The translations under genes were made by a program, and so were the position numbers. Shown piece after piece: positions 45,546 to 55,677 of a stretch of DNA of 64,000 nt. The DNA is from Sumerlaeia bacterium (GTDB lineage: Bacteria > Sumerlaeota > Sumerlaeia > SLMS01 > JAHLLQ01). A model generated the notes under the pieces. That model did not search any database. It was not told the origin of the DNA and saw only the letters and a program-made list of their open reading frames with translations. How positions within the stretch are numbered: position 1 is the stretch's first letter; the number at the start of each line of letters is the position of its first letter. The stretch lies in NCBI GenBank assembly GCA_040219255.1, contig JAVJSW010000007.1:1-64000 (forward strand), written 5' to 3'.

Positions 45546-46846
45546 GTCGCCACCTCCAATGCGGCCAGACGGCGGCGGATGCTTTGCGCGTGGCCATCGA
45601 GGCCCTCGGCGTCGGCCAACCGCGCGGCGGCGGGGCCCATGGCGGCAAGGCCCTGCGGCCCGCACTCGATGACCTGGGTCATCTTGTAGAAATCCTGCAC
45701 CGACAACGGCGAGAAAAACCGCGCCGTGCCGCCGGTGGGCAGAACGTGGTTCGGCCCCGCGATGTAGTCGCCGATGGCTTCGACGCTGTGGGGCCCGACG
45801 AAAATCGACCCGGCGTTGCGGATGCGCGGCACCAGATCGCGGGCGTCCTTGAGGAGCAGCTCGAGGTGCTCGGGCGCCTTGCGGGCGGTGATGTCGAGGG
45901 CCTGCTCGATGTTCGCGCCGACGATCACCGCGCCGTTGTTTTCCAGCGAGGTGCGCAGCACCGCCTGGCGCGGGGACTGGGCGGCCTGCTGCTCCAATTC
46001 CGCGGCGAGGGCTTCCGTGTCGTCGCGGCCGATCAGGACCACCACCGATTGAGCGTCCGGGTCGTGCTCGGCCTGGGCGATCATGTCGGCGGCGATCCAC
46101 TCGGCGGGCACCGAGTCATCCGCCAGGATCAGGACCTCGGTCGGCCCGGCCACCATGTCGATGCGGATCGTGCCGTAGAGCAGGCGCTTGGCCTCGGCGA
46201 CGTACTTATTCCCTGGCCCGACCACGATATCGACGCGAGGGAGGGACTGGGTGCCAAAGGCGAGAGCCGCCACGGCCTGGGCCCCGCCGATCTGATAGAC
46301 CTCCTCGACGCCCAGCAGGTGCAGCGCGCCGAGGGTCGCCGGGTTCATCTTGCCGGTGCGCTGGGGCGGGGTCACCGCCACGATCCGATCCACGCCGGCC
46401 ACCTGGGCCGGGATGGCGTTCATCAGCACGGTGCTGGGGTAGGCGGCCGCGCCGCCGGGAATGTAGAGCCCCGCCGTGGCGAGCGGCATCCAGCGCTGGG
46501 CGAGGCGGAAACCGGCCCCGTCCTCCATTTCCCAGGACTCGCGGCGCTGGCGTTCGTGAAAGGCGCGGATGCGGTCGGCGGCGGTTTGCAGCGCCGCCCG
46601 CATATCGCTGGGCAGAGAATTCCAGGCATCCTCAAGAACCTCGGGGGCGAGGCGCAATCCTGCTGCCGTCAGCTCGACGTCGTCGAAGCGGCTGGTGAAC
46701 TCCAGCAGGGCCTCGTCGCCGCGGCGGCGAACGTCGTCGATGATCTCGCGGACCGCTTGCTGGGTGCGGGCGTCCTCGGTCGGTTGATGGAGGAGCTTTT
46801 TCCAGATGTCGTCTTGTTGCGTGGTGAAATCGTAAACGGGAACCAT
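45542..46846 (-). CDS. hisD: Histidinol dehydrogenase
   Basis: GLYIPGG.AAYPSTVLM, GGAQAVAALAFG, GPGNKYV, AGPTE, QAEHD, APEHLE and GPNHVLPT motifs. Confidence 0.96.
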   Translation of the reverse strand: MVPVYDFTTQQDDIWKKLLHQPTEDARTQQAVREIIDDVRRRGDEALLEFTSRFDDVELTAAGLRLAPEVLEDAWNSLPSDMRAALQTAADRIRAFHERQRRESWEMEDGAGFRLAQRWMPLATAGLYIPGGAAAYPSTVLMNAIPAQVAGVDRIVAVTPPQRTGKMNPATLGALHLLGVEEVYQIGGAQAVAALAFGTQSLPRVDIVVGPGNKYVAEAKRLLYGTIRIDMVAGPTEVLILADDSVPAEWIAADMIAQAEHDPDAQSVVVLIGRDDTEALAAELEQQAAQSPRQAVLRTSLENNGAVIVGANIEQALDITARKAPEHLELLLKDARDLVPRIRNAGSIFVGPHSVEAIGDYIAGPNHVLPTGGTARFFSPLSVQDFYKMTQVIECGPQGLAAMGPAAARLADAEGLDGHAQSIRRRLAALEVAT

Positions 46847-47107
46847 CGCGCGAGCGGCCCTGCCCTTGTGGTGGAGAATTGGCGGGGCCACTGCTACGGC
46901 GGCGGGGCGGCCCAGCGCAACGGGGAAAGCGGCTTGGCTCGCGGAGCGGCGGGGAAGTTCGAGGCGAAGCGTCATGAGTCTGATCCTGAAGAGAAGGGAT
47001 GGCTGGTCGACCGGGAAGAGGAGAACACAGGCCCTTCCGTTTGTCCCCTCATGTGGAGCTTACGGGACAAGAAAGACAAGATACACTTGTCAGACTAGAG
47101 GAGCTTA

Positions 47108-47171
47108 GGGGCGCCGAGGGTGGAAAGGGTTGAGGGTGTTGGGGTTGGAAGATTGGGGTGGGGAGAATGGG
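47108..47171 (+). other. Intergenic G-tract cluster (eight runs of three or more G)
   Basis: Runs start at 47108, 47118, 47127, 47134, 47141, 47155, 47160 and 47169. Confidence 0.6.
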
Positions 47172-47280
47172 AGAAGGCTGTACCGATGTCCTGAACCAGA
47201 AGTGTCCCCTATGTCTTGAGCCTGTACCGCTGCGCGTGCTGGCCTGAGGCAGTTTTGTGGTTGAACGACCGCGGAGCGGT

Positions 47281-49017
47281 CTATCGAATCACCTGATCCC
47301 CGTTTCGCCGGATCGCCCACGCCGCCAGCGCGAGGCCGGACAATGCGAAGAGGAACATCAGCAGGCATTGGCTCGCCGCCACCAGCGGCCCCATATCCCC
47401 CGGATCCAGCGCCAGCGGCCCGCCCGGCTCGGATCGGAAGATCGCTCCCACCACCGGCATCAACGGCGCCGCCAGCCACGTCATCGCCAGGAAAATCATG
47501 GCGCAAAACACATAGCCCCGCCACACCATCCGGCGCCCGCCCCGCCACGACGAGTACACAACCCGCCCCGACAGCAGCGCCGCCCGCAGCAGCACGAACA
47601 TCGCCAGGTAAAGGAACGTGCTCTCCAGATGCCCGCCCATCGCGTCGGCCAGCAGAACCGCCGCCAGCACGTCGCCGATCAGCCATCGCCGCCACGCCAT
47701 CTCGAGCGCCCGCCTCAGGAATCGCGTCCACCGCGCCGGGCCGGTGCGCCCGAAGAGCAGGATGCTGCCCCCCAGCGCGCACCCCGCCCACACGCCGAGG
47801 AACGTCAGGACCTGCAGCAGCCCAAGCACCGCGAAGGGATTGCCCGGGCCGTTGGGGGCGAAGCCGGGCTCGAACCAGCCGGCCCATCGCACCAGCACAT
47901 ACCCGACCCACAGAATCGCCACCCAGGACATCCACAAGCGGCGCGGCGGCGGGGTCCCGATCAGGCCCGCCCAGTACCGCCAGTGGCGCAGCATCTGGCG
48001 CTCGGGCGTGTGAAAGGGTTCGTAGGCCAGCGGCGGATGGGCGCTGCGGGCGCCCGCCACGGCGGCTGAGAATGCCGCCTGCTCCTCCTCCGTCAACTCC
48101 GGCGCGGGTTCGGCGAAACCGTCCTCCGCCGCGTTCGAGAGCGCCGGGCGGGGGCGTTGGCGGCGCTGGTCGAGGGCCTCCGTCTCGATGTCCTCCACGC
48201 GGTCGCGCAGCCGGGTCCAGTCCTCGAACGCGGGCCCCGCCAGCTCCGGCTTCTCGCGCCCCCAATGGCGCACGATGGTCGTGACGCAGAACGCCAGGAA
48301 CGTCGCCTGGGCCGCCAGCATGACCGCCGCCGAGGTACCCTCGGCCCCAAACCGCGCCACGCCGCCAAAGGGCACCGCGAGGGTGAAGACGACCTGGCCG
48401 AGGAGGCCGGTGTCGAGGAGGCGTTCCTCCCATTGGGCCAGCCGGTCCGGCGCACTGACCATGGTGACAAGCAACACGATGAAGGGGACGGCGGTCAGCA
48501 CCCAAAATCCCCTGCGAAACAAGGCCCCTGCGAGAAACCTCGGAAAGAAAAACAGCCGCGTCCAGACCATGCCGGAGAGGGCCTCGGCCAGCGGCAGGAC
48601 GAGGCAGAGGGTGACGGACAGGGCGAGGTTGAGGGCGAGGGCGGGGGTGGTGCCATCGGTCAAGAGGTTGGGCGGTGGAAGGACAAGCAGAGCGATACAT
48701 CCCGCCGCCGAAATCAGGACGCCCGGAAGAAAAACCGGGGCCACCCGGCGCAGATTGTTTCCATGGTAGGTCCGCGCCGTCAGCGGAGTCGTCATGGAGA
48801 GGAGCCGGTCATCGGAGACCGCGATGCGCTTGGCGTAATAGACGCCGCTCATCCAACTGATGAGGACGGCGAAGACGGACATCCAGGCTCCGCCTTCCCC
48901 CGCGAAATAGAGGATCAGCAAGAGGAGCGGCCAGACGATGTTCAGAAGGCAGAACCCGAGGAGCGAAAAAATCGCCCCGATCACGCCCTTCGCCACCGCC
49001 CACCACGGCCGCCTCAT
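47281..49017 (-). CDS. Multi-pass membrane protein, probable ABC permease
   Basis: Two TM bundles; ATGA overlap with the ABC ATPase. Confidence 0.7.
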   Translation of the reverse strand: MRRPWWAVAKGVIGAIFSLLGFCLLNIVWPLLLLILYFAGEGGAWMSVFAVLISWMSGVYYAKRIAVSDDRLLSMTTPLTARTYHGNNLRRVAPVFLPGVLISAAGCIALLVLPPPNLLTDGTTPALALNLALSVTLCLVLPLAEALSGMVWTRLFFFPRFLAGALFRRGFWVLTAVPFIVLLVTMVSAPDRLAQWEERLLDTGLLGQVVFTLAVPFGGVARFGAEGTSAAVMLAAQATFLAFCVTTIVRHWGREKPELAGPAFEDWTRLRDRVEDIETEALDQRRQRPRPALSNAAEDGFAEPAPELTEEEQAAFSAAVAGARSAHPPLAYEPFHTPERQMLRHWRYWAGLIGTPPPRRLWMSWVAILWVGYVLVRWAGWFEPGFAPNGPGNPFAVLGLLQVLTFLGVWAGCALGGSILLFGRTGPARWTRFLRRALEMAWRRWLIGDVLAAVLLADAMGGHLESTFLYLAMFVLLRAALLSGRVVYSSWRGGRRMVWRGYVFCAMIFLAMTWLAAPLMPVVGAIFRSEPGGPLALDPGDMGPLVAASQCLLMFLFALSGLALAAWAIRRNGDQVIR

Positions 49018-49802
49018 CCCTCACCCCCGCCGCCCGTTAGCGCCACGAACGCCCTCGCCAGCGCCCGGGGTTCCGCCGGGTCCACGCCGGCTTGGCGGAT
49101 GACCGCTTCCGGCGCCGCGTTGGCCACCAGTTCGCCCTCGCGCAGCACCAGCAGCCGGTCGGAGACTTGGTCCGCCTGATCCAGCACCTGAGTGGAAAAC
49201 ACGATCGTCTCGCCCCGCCCCCGGGCCGCGTCCATCCAGCGATAGAGGGCCTCCATGCCGATGGGATCGATGCCGCCGGCAAAGGGTTCGTCCAGAATCC
49301 GAAGGTCCGCCGGCGGCAGGAAACAGCCGATCAGTCCGGCTTTCTTCGTCATGCCCAGCGACAGTTCCTCCCAGCCCTTGTGCAGGTGATCGAGAAGGGC
49401 CATCTCGCGGGCGAGGGTTTCTGTGCGCTCCAGGAAGCGCTCCTTCGGCATGCCGTAGATTTGCGCCATGAAGCGCAGGAATTCGTAGGGCGTGGGCGAC
49501 GCGCCGACGATGGGATCGGCCAGCAAGACCGTGCTGCGTTGGCGGATGGCGAAGTTGTCCTTCCACCGGTGCAGCCCGAACACCGTAACGTGGCCCGCGC
49601 TGGGGAAGACGATCCCCGCCAGGAGCTGAATCAGCGTGGTCTTGCCTGCGCCGTTGGGGCCGATGACGCAGAGCACCTCGCCCGGCCGCGCCTGCAGGCT
49701 GACGCCCGCCAACGCCAGCGTCCGGCCATAGCGCTTCTCGAGCCCCACGGCGGAGAGCAGAACGGGGCTGGTGGCGGAGGAGGAAACGGCGGCGTCGCTC
49801 AT
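49014..49802 (-). CDS. ABC transporter ATP-binding protein (ABC-2 type)
   Basis: GPNGAGKTT, LSLGM, ILDEPF and switch FSTQ (Q in place of the usual H). Confidence 0.9.
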   Translation of the reverse strand: MSDAAVSSSATSPVLLSAVGLEKRYGRTLALAGVSLQARPGEVLCVIGPNGAGKTTLIQLLAGIVFPSAGHVTVFGLHRWKDNFAIRQRSTVLLADPIVGASPTPYEFLRFMAQIYGMPKERFLERTETLAREMALLDHLHKGWEELSLGMTKKAGLIGCFLPPADLRILDEPFAGGIDPIGMEALYRWMDAARGRGETIVFSTQVLDQADQVSDRLLVLREGELVANAAPEAVIRQAGVDPAEPRALARAFVALTGGGGEG

Positions 49803-49922
49803 AGAAGGGAACTTGGGACGGCCCTGGCGCGGAAGCAACGGGAACAGAGCGGGGCGCGGGGTTCGAAGGCGGGCCAAAACGCGCTTGCCCGCCGGTCCCA
49901 CTCCCGCCAGACATGAGGAGCT

Positions 49923-51701
49923 ATGCTGCACCTTCTCGCCGTTTCCGACCCTGTGCTCTCCGACCCGTCCGCCGTGCCCACGATGGCCGAGGCCTGGGCC
50001 GGCACCGATGTGTACGTCTTCTTCGCGGTGGCGGCGTTTTTCTATGGGTTGCTCTTCGGCTCGTTCTTCAACGTGGCGATCTACCGGTTGCCGCTCGGTT
50101 TGTCGGTGAACAAGCCGCGCCGCAGCTTTTGCTTCCGGTGCGGGTCGCCCATACGGTGGTATGACAATATCCCCGTATTGTCTTATCTGCTTCTGGGCGG
50201 AAAAGACCGCGCCTGCGGTGCCCGCATCAGCCCCCGCTATGCCCTGGTCGAGCTGCTCACCGGCCTGATTTTCCTGGGGTTGTACCTGATGCACAACGCC
50301 CCCGGAGCCTACCATCTGGGAACGCTTTGGTACGCGGGCTTCGCGGGAATTCTGATTATCGGCACCTTCACCGATTTCGATCATTGGATCATTCCCGGTC
50401 AGATTCCCGTCATCGGCGCCATTGGCGCCCTGATCGCCGCGTTGCTGATGGGCTTTGTGGACCCCGTGAATCTGCTGACGATCGGCGGGCCATTCCCGGC
50501 CTTGCGGCTCGAGTGGGGCGATCCGCTGGCCGTGGTCGAGGCCATGTTCCTCGGCCCCGCGACGCTCAATCCCGCCGGCGATCTGCTTTGGCGGGCCAGC
50601 GACGTGCAATGGTGGGAGCCCCTGGCAAACTCCCTCATCGGCGCCTTCTTCGCCTCGTTCCTCGTGTACGGCGTCGGCGTCGTTGGCAAGATCATCTTCC
50701 GCAAGGACGCCATGGGCTTTGGCGACGTGCAGCTGTTCTTCGTCATCGGCGCCACTGTGGGGCCGTTCTACAGCGTGGTGGTACTGGTTCTGGCCAGCTT
50801 TTTCGGCTCGGTGGGGGGCGGGATGCTCAAGGTCTGGGAGCGGCTCCGTCAGCGCGACGCCGCCTCGCCCATTCTTTCCGCCGGACGCGACGCGTTGCTT
50901 CTGGAAGCGGAAACCAGCCGCGACGAAGCTCCGGCCCAAACCCCGCCAGCGGGCCCGATCCGGCCGTTGATCGACATCCCCGACTTTTCGAGCCCGGAAG
51001 AAGAACGCGAAGCGCAACGTTCGCTCGCCGAAAGCCTGGAAATCCCTTACTTGAGCCTGGAAGGGGAGGAGGCTCCGGCATCGGACGCGCTTGCGCTGCT
51101 GCCGGCGGACCTGCGGACCCGCTGGCTCGCCGCCGCTGTGCGACGGACTCCTCAGGCCATCACCGTGGCCGTCGTGGACACGCAGAATTCCCTGATGATT
51201 CAAGAGATTCGCGAGGCTCTCAAGGAGGAGCTGGCCGCTGGCCGGCGCCTCGAATTCGCCATCGCTCCGCCATCGGCCCTAAAAGCGATATGCGGTCTCC
51301 GCGAGGAGACCGCATATCACCCTGTCCAACTAACCGAGGGGAGAGAAGATTTCGAACCGGAAGACGTTCACACGGGACAGGGAGCGGGAACGAGATCGTC
51401 AGAACAGGCACAAGGCGAGGAGAAGGTGCCCCTCGAAGCCACGGCAGAGCAAGACAAATTTTCAGATTTTTCGGAAGCTGTGGAAAACTCTGGCACCGCC
51501 GCGACCGTTCCGGTCTGGGAGCGCCTCTACGCCACCGCTTCCAAACTGCCCCGCGGCAAAGCCGTTCACCACGTCCCCTTCATTCCCTGGATCGCCCTTG
51601 GCGGGCTCGTGTTCCTGATCTTCTTCCCCTTCATTCAAGCCTTCATCGCCCAGTTCTTCTTTCCCTTCGCGGCCGGCGCAGGAGACATCGTTTACCCATG
51701 A
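49923..51701 (+). CDS. pilD: Prepilin peptidase (A24A) with a large insertion containing a PilB/GspE N-terminal-like domain
   Basis: GSFFNVAIYRLP, RSFCFRC, WYDNIPVLSY, ISPRYALVE, catalytic TDFD and MGFGD, terminal VPFIPWIALG. Confidence 0.9.
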   Translation: MLHLLAVSDPVLSDPSAVPTMAEAWAGTDVYVFFAVAAFFYGLLFGSFFNVAIYRLPLGLSVNKPRRSFCFRCGSPIRWYDNIPVLSYLLLGGKDRACGARISPRYALVELLTGLIFLGLYLMHNAPGAYHLGTLWYAGFAGILIIGTFTDFDHWIIPGQIPVIGAIGALIAALLMGFVDPVNLLTIGGPFPALRLEWGDPLAVVEAMFLGPATLNPAGDLLWRASDVQWWEPLANSLIGAFFASFLVYGVGVVGKIIFRKDAMGFGDVQLFFVIGATVGPFYSVVVLVLASFFGSVGGGMLKVWERLRQRDAASPILSAGRDALLLEAETSRDEAPAQTPPAGPIRPLIDIPDFSSPEEEREAQRSLAESLEIPYLSLEGEEAPASDALALLPADLRTRWLAAAVRRTPQAITVAVVDTQNSLMIQEIREALKEELAAGRRLEFAIAPPSALKAICGLREETAYHPVQLTEGREDFEPEDVHTGQGAGTRSSEQAQGEEKVPLEATAEQDKFSDFSEAVENSGTAATVPVWERLYATASKLPRGKAVHHVPFIPWIALGGLVFLIFFPFIQAFIAQFFFPFAAGAGDIVYP

Positions 51702-52558
51702 CAGTGAACGGCATCGGTGGAAAGACGCGCCTGGCGGGTGTGATGGGGTGGCCCGTCAGCCACACCAAATCCCCGGCGATGCAGGGCGCGGCGCTGGCGG
51801 CGGCGGGTCTGGACGTGGCGTACGTGCCCCTGCCCGTGGCGCCGGAGCGCGTGGCCGAGGCGGTGCGGGGCCTGCGGGCGCTCGGCTTCGTCGGCTGCAA
51901 TGTCACCGTTCCGCACAAGATCGCGGTCATGGAAGCCCTCGACCGGCTCGATCCGCTCGCCGAGAAGGTGGGCGCCGTCAACACGATCAAGGTGGAGGAG
52001 GACGGGACGCTGGTGGGCTATAACACGGACGCGCAAGGGGCCGTGACGGGTCTGGCGGAGGTCGCTCCCGCCAGCGTTTTCGCCCGCGAGGCGCTGATCG
52101 TCGGCACCGGCGGCGCGGGGCGCGGAGTCGCCTTTGGGGCGCTGGAAGCTGGCGCCCGCGGCGTCGCGCTGCTCAACCGGACGGCGGCCAAGGCGCAAGA
52201 GTTGGCGGACTCGCTGCGGGCCGCCTACCCGGACCGGTCGGTGCGGGTGCTCGACCCGCCGGCTGTGAAGGCTTCCGACCTGGCGGAAATCGGCGCGGTG
52301 TACCAAACGACCAGTCTGGGGATGAAGCCGGAAAGCGATCCGCTGCCTCTCGACGCGGCGCTTCTGCCGGAGGGAGCGGCGGTGCTCGAGGCGGTCTACG
52401 CGCCGCTGGAAACCCCCTTCCTGGCGGCATGCCGGGCGCGGGGATTGATTGGTCAGGACGGCTTGGCGATGCTGGTGGGTCAGGGGGCGTTGTCTTTCCA
52501 CATCTGGTTTGGACGCGAGGCGGACCGGGATGCGATGCGGCGAGCCATCGCAGGTTGA
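51698..52558 (+). CDS. aroE: Shikimate dehydrogenase
   Basis: G.PVSHTKSP, NVTVPHK, GAVNT, NTD, GTGGAGR and DGLAMLVGQG; ATGA overlap with pilD. Confidence 0.95.
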   Translation: MTVNGIGGKTRLAGVMGWPVSHTKSPAMQGAALAAAGLDVAYVPLPVAPERVAEAVRGLRALGFVGCNVTVPHKIAVMEALDRLDPLAEKVGAVNTIKVEEDGTLVGYNTDAQGAVTGLAEVAPASVFAREALIVGTGGAGRGVAFGALEAGARGVALLNRTAAKAQELADSLRAAYPDRSVRVLDPPAVKASDLAEIGAVYQTTSLGMKPESDPLPLDAALLPEGAAVLEAVYAPLETPFLAACRARGLIGQDGLAMLVGQGALSFHIWFGREADRDAMRRAIAG

Positions 52559-52686
52559 CAACGGACGGCCCGGCGTCCGATTTTTGGACTTCTTGACGAG
52601 GTTTCCAGCCTGCTTGATTTAGCCCTGGAAATTCGTACCCCTATCTCTCAGTCCCCGCTGCCCCGGGGTATTCGAAAGCGTGTCCT

Positions 52687-53223
52687 ATGTCTTCCCGTTG
52701 CGTAATCCTGATCGGAATGATGGGTGCCGGCAAAAGTCAAGTCGGCGAAGAATTGTCGGAAAAATTGGGTTACGATTTTATCGATACGGACCGGTTGATT
52801 GTCGAAAAGGTGGGCAAGAAAATCCCCCGGATTTTCGAGGAAGAGGGCGAGGAGCAATTCCGCACCTACGAAAGCGAAGTCATCGAAGGCCTCAAGGGCT
52901 CCAAGAATCTGGTCATCTCAGTAGGCGGCGGCGCGTATGTCAACTACGCCAACCGTTCGATTCTCCATCGCCTCGGCCAAGTGATTTATCTCAAGGCTTC
53001 GGCCAATGAGCTTTACGCGCGGATCAAGAACGACCGGTCCCGCCCGCTGTTGCAGAGCGAGAACCCGCGGGCCAAGCTCGACAGCATCCTCAAAGAGCGC
53101 GAGACCGTTTACGAACAGGCCGACATCGTTTGCGATACCGAACTGCTCTCCGTTCCGGAAGTGGTGGACGAAATTATCGATCGCCTGGCCGAGCGCACCA
53201 TCGAAACCGAGGGCGATTGGTAA
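52687..53223 (+). CDS. aroK: Shikimate kinase
   Basis: LIGMMGAGKS, FIDTD, GEEQFR..E, GGG and RPLL motifs. Confidence 0.95.
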   Translation: MSSRCVILIGMMGAGKSQVGEELSEKLGYDFIDTDRLIVEKVGKKIPRIFEEEGEEQFRTYESEVIEGLKGSKNLVISVGGGAYVNYANRSILHRLGQVIYLKASANELYARIKNDRSRPLLQSENPRAKLDSILKERETVYEQADIVCDTELLSVPEVVDEIIDRLAERTIETEGDW

Positions 53224-53339
53224 GGCCGGGCGCCGGTCCTGTGTACCAAGTGGTACGGTTGCGTTCCATGGCGAACGCATTCGCCGCCGGCCCGCCCCCC
53301 CTTCAGTAGCGCCCCCCTTCAGTAGTCGGAAGCGCTTCC

Positions 53340-54311
53340 TCAGTCGCGCCCCCGGGAGCGGCTGCGGAAATCCCGGCCCGGCCCCATGCGGGGCGAGGGC
53401 GAAGCCGCCTCGCCGTTCCACTCGTCCGGTGCCTCGGGGCCACTGGCGGCGGCGCCTCCGCTCATCACTTCCAGTTCGTCCTCCAACAGGGTAAGGCGCT
53501 CCTTGAGGGCGTCGATCTCCGATTGGAGGCGGCGCATGTGAAATTCGGCGCGGCTGCCGGGCTGTGGCGGCCGCAGTTCCATTTCGCGGGCGCGCTCGCG
53601 GAATTCGGTGAAGGTCATTTCCGGCTCGCTTTCCACCTCGGCCAGGAACCGATCCATCCGCTCCATACGATCACGGGCTTGCGGCGGCACTTCCACGCCG
53701 CGCCGGTTCAGCCGTTCCTTGAGCAATTCGACGCGGCCGCGCAATCCGGGGGCTTCCGCCCTCAGGCGTTCCATCAGTTCCGCCTCGCGCCGCTCCTGCA
53801 GCTCTCGGCGCTGCTTCAGTTCTTCTTCCCAATAGGTGATGCGTTCTTGAGGCTCCGAGCCCCGGCGTTTCGCTTCCTCCAGGCGCGAGGCCTGCTGCGC
53901 CAGTTCCTCGCTGTCCTTGTTCAGCTTCATGATCTCGCGCATCAGCCGGCCCATTCCGCCGGGCAGGTCTTCATCGGCCAAGGGATCCGGCTCTGGCGGC
54001 AGCGGTCTTTGTGGACGCGGCGCTCCCGGCTCTCCCTTTTGGTCCGGCGGACCTCCCGCCAGGACGCGCTCCATGGCCAATTCATCGAAAAACATCCGCC
54101 GTTCGCCGGGGCTCAGGGCGTGAAACTCCTCAACTAACTGGCGAACGCGCTCGCTGCGACCGGTGCCGTAGGATTCGCCGCGCTCTGGGCCCTGGGAGGG
54201 GGCGGCTTCGCTTCGGGGCAGCGGCGGCAAGGGACGATCCGCCAGCGAGGGGCCCACCACGAGCAAGCCGGCGCCGAGAATCAGGGTGAGGGGAAGCAGT
54301 TTGCGGCGCAT
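53340..54311 (-). CDS. Exported coiled-coil E/R-rich protein
   Basis: Signal MRRKLLPLTLILGAGLLVVGPSLA|D; GGAGG SD; heptad-rich helices. Confidence 0.7.
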   Translation of the reverse strand: MRRKLLPLTLILGAGLLVVGPSLADRPLPPLPRSEAAPSQGPERGESYGTGRSERVRQLVEEFHALSPGERRMFFDELAMERVLAGGPPDQKGEPGAPRPQRPLPPEPDPLADEDLPGGMGRLMREIMKLNKDSEELAQQASRLEEAKRRGSEPQERITYWEEELKQRRELQERREAELMERLRAEAPGLRGRVELLKERLNRRGVEVPPQARDRMERMDRFLAEVESEPEMTFTEFRERAREMELRPPQPGSRAEFHMRRLQSEIDALKERLTLLEDELEVMSGGAAASGPEAPDEWNGEAASPSPRMGPGRDFRSRSRGRD

Positions 54312-54417
54312 GGCGATGGTTCGACCTCCGAAGCAGCGGTGCGGCGGGGTTCGCCGCAAGACCCTGTTGGGCAATTCCCTTGCCAGACGGCGAGCGGGAC
54401 CTGCCTGTCCCGTGGGC

Positions 54418-55671
54418 TTATCGGTCCAGCAGCTTGCGCAGGTTGCGCACAACCAGGAAATACAACCCGATCCAGACCGACGCCAGGATGCCGCCTTCGA
54501 TGACCCACATCAGCAAGACCCAGCCCGGCGCCATAGCGGTCGGATCGACGCGGATGAATTCCAAGCCGAGAAGGTAGCCGACGCCCGCCGCCAGAAAGGC
54601 GGCCGCGGCGCGGCGGTCGCGAGGCAGGAAACTCACCAGCGACGTGCCGGCCAGCAGAAGCAGATAGGCCGCCGCCAGAGGAACGATGGCCATCAGGAGA
54701 GTACTCTGGCCCGCCGGACCGGCCGCCACCGGCGCCAGAGTCAGGCACAACAGGCCGAGTCCGATGCTGGCCCGCCCCGCCCGCCGATGGGGCCAGACGA
54801 AGGCGAAGAGCGCGCACAGGAGCGCCGCCGCGAGCCCCGAGGCCAGCCGCAGGGAAACCGCCGAGACCAGGTCGTCCTCCAGCCCGCCCGCCAGCAGCGG
54901 AGTCGTTTCCGCTTCGCCCCCCAGAGCCTGGAACACGGGCCGGAAGAGCGGAAGGAACGGCTGAATCAATCCGGCGATGACCAGGACGTTGATCATGCCG
55001 AAGCTCAAGAAGCCCACCATCGTTTGGGTCACGCGAGTGCGCTCCTTGGTCTCTTCGGCGAAACCTTCCCGGGGCACATAGAACATGGCCCGGATGATCA
55101 GCAGCGGCGCCAGCGGCAGGAGGGCGGGAATGCCCGAAATGGCGATCACCACGGCCGCCGAGCCTAGCGCCAGAACCCACTGAATCCGGGGCCAGGCGGA
55201 CCCCGATGTCCACAGGCAGGCCGCCGCCGTGATGGCGCTGCCGACCATCAGGCCGCGCAGCAGGCCTTGCCACATTTCCGAATCGGGGGCGATCGCATCG
55301 GCGAACCCCAGCGTCCACGTCAGCAGAACCATCGGCAGGAGCGCCGCGTAGTGCGCGTTATAGGTGTGGCGGGCGGTGGGCGAGAGGCGCGCGTTGCCCA
55401 CCGCCAGAGGCACGCCCACCACGAGGAACACCAGTGCCACGAGACACCCGATCAGGTTCAGTTCGACGACGTGCTCTCGCGGAAAAACCCAAACGGCAAG
55501 CAAACCGAACACGCCGAAGAAGGCCATGACCAGCAACAGGCCGTAGCCGATGAAGGGGGGACTTGTGGGCTGGCCGGATGGCGCGGCGGAGGGCATGGGC
55601 AGAGGCGCGGCTTGCAGCGGGGCGGCAAGCGGGGAATCGAAAACGGCGGTTTGCTCGGCGGGTTGGCTCAT
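54418..55671 (-). CDS. Polytopic membrane protein of unknown function
   Basis: About 12 hydrophobic segments. Confidence 0.75.
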   Translation of the reverse strand: MSQPAEQTAVFDSPLAAPLQAAPLPMPSAAPSGQPTSPPFIGYGLLLVMAFFGVFGLLAVWVFPREHVVELNLIGCLVALVFLVVGVPLAVGNARLSPTARHTYNAHYAALLPMVLLTWTLGFADAIAPDSEMWQGLLRGLMVGSAITAAACLWTSGSAWPRIQWVLALGSAAVVIAISGIPALLPLAPLLIIRAMFYVPREGFAEETKERTRVTQTMVGFLSFGMINVLVIAGLIQPFLPLFRPVFQALGGEAETTPLLAGGLEDDLVSAVSLRLASGLAAALLCALFAFVWPHRRAGRASIGLGLLCLTLAPVAAGPAGQSTLLMAIVPLAAAYLLLLAGTSLVSFLPRDRRAAAAFLAAGVGYLLGLEFIRVDPTAMAPGWVLLMWVIEGGILASVWIGLYFLVVRNLRKLLDR

Positions 55672-55677
55672 GGGCGC

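Noticed and set aside
44466-46100. 544-aa extended HisC (likewise the extended ArfB-like ORF 62470..63555)
   Set aside because: The extensions are out-of-frame read-through of the upstream gene; true starts are 45545 and 62832.
49014-52558. Long ORF-track entries 49014..51203 (729 aa) and 50327..52558 (743 aa) as fusion proteins
   Set aside because: The N-terminal extensions overlap pilD on the opposite strand or in another frame and are GC-rich shadow sequence; the real genes start at 49802 and 51698.
53293-53325. Tandem 16-17 bp duplication CGCCCCCC(C)TTCAGTAG between convergent genes
   Set aside because: Only two copies with nothing between them; likely slippage rather than a target-site duplication or array.
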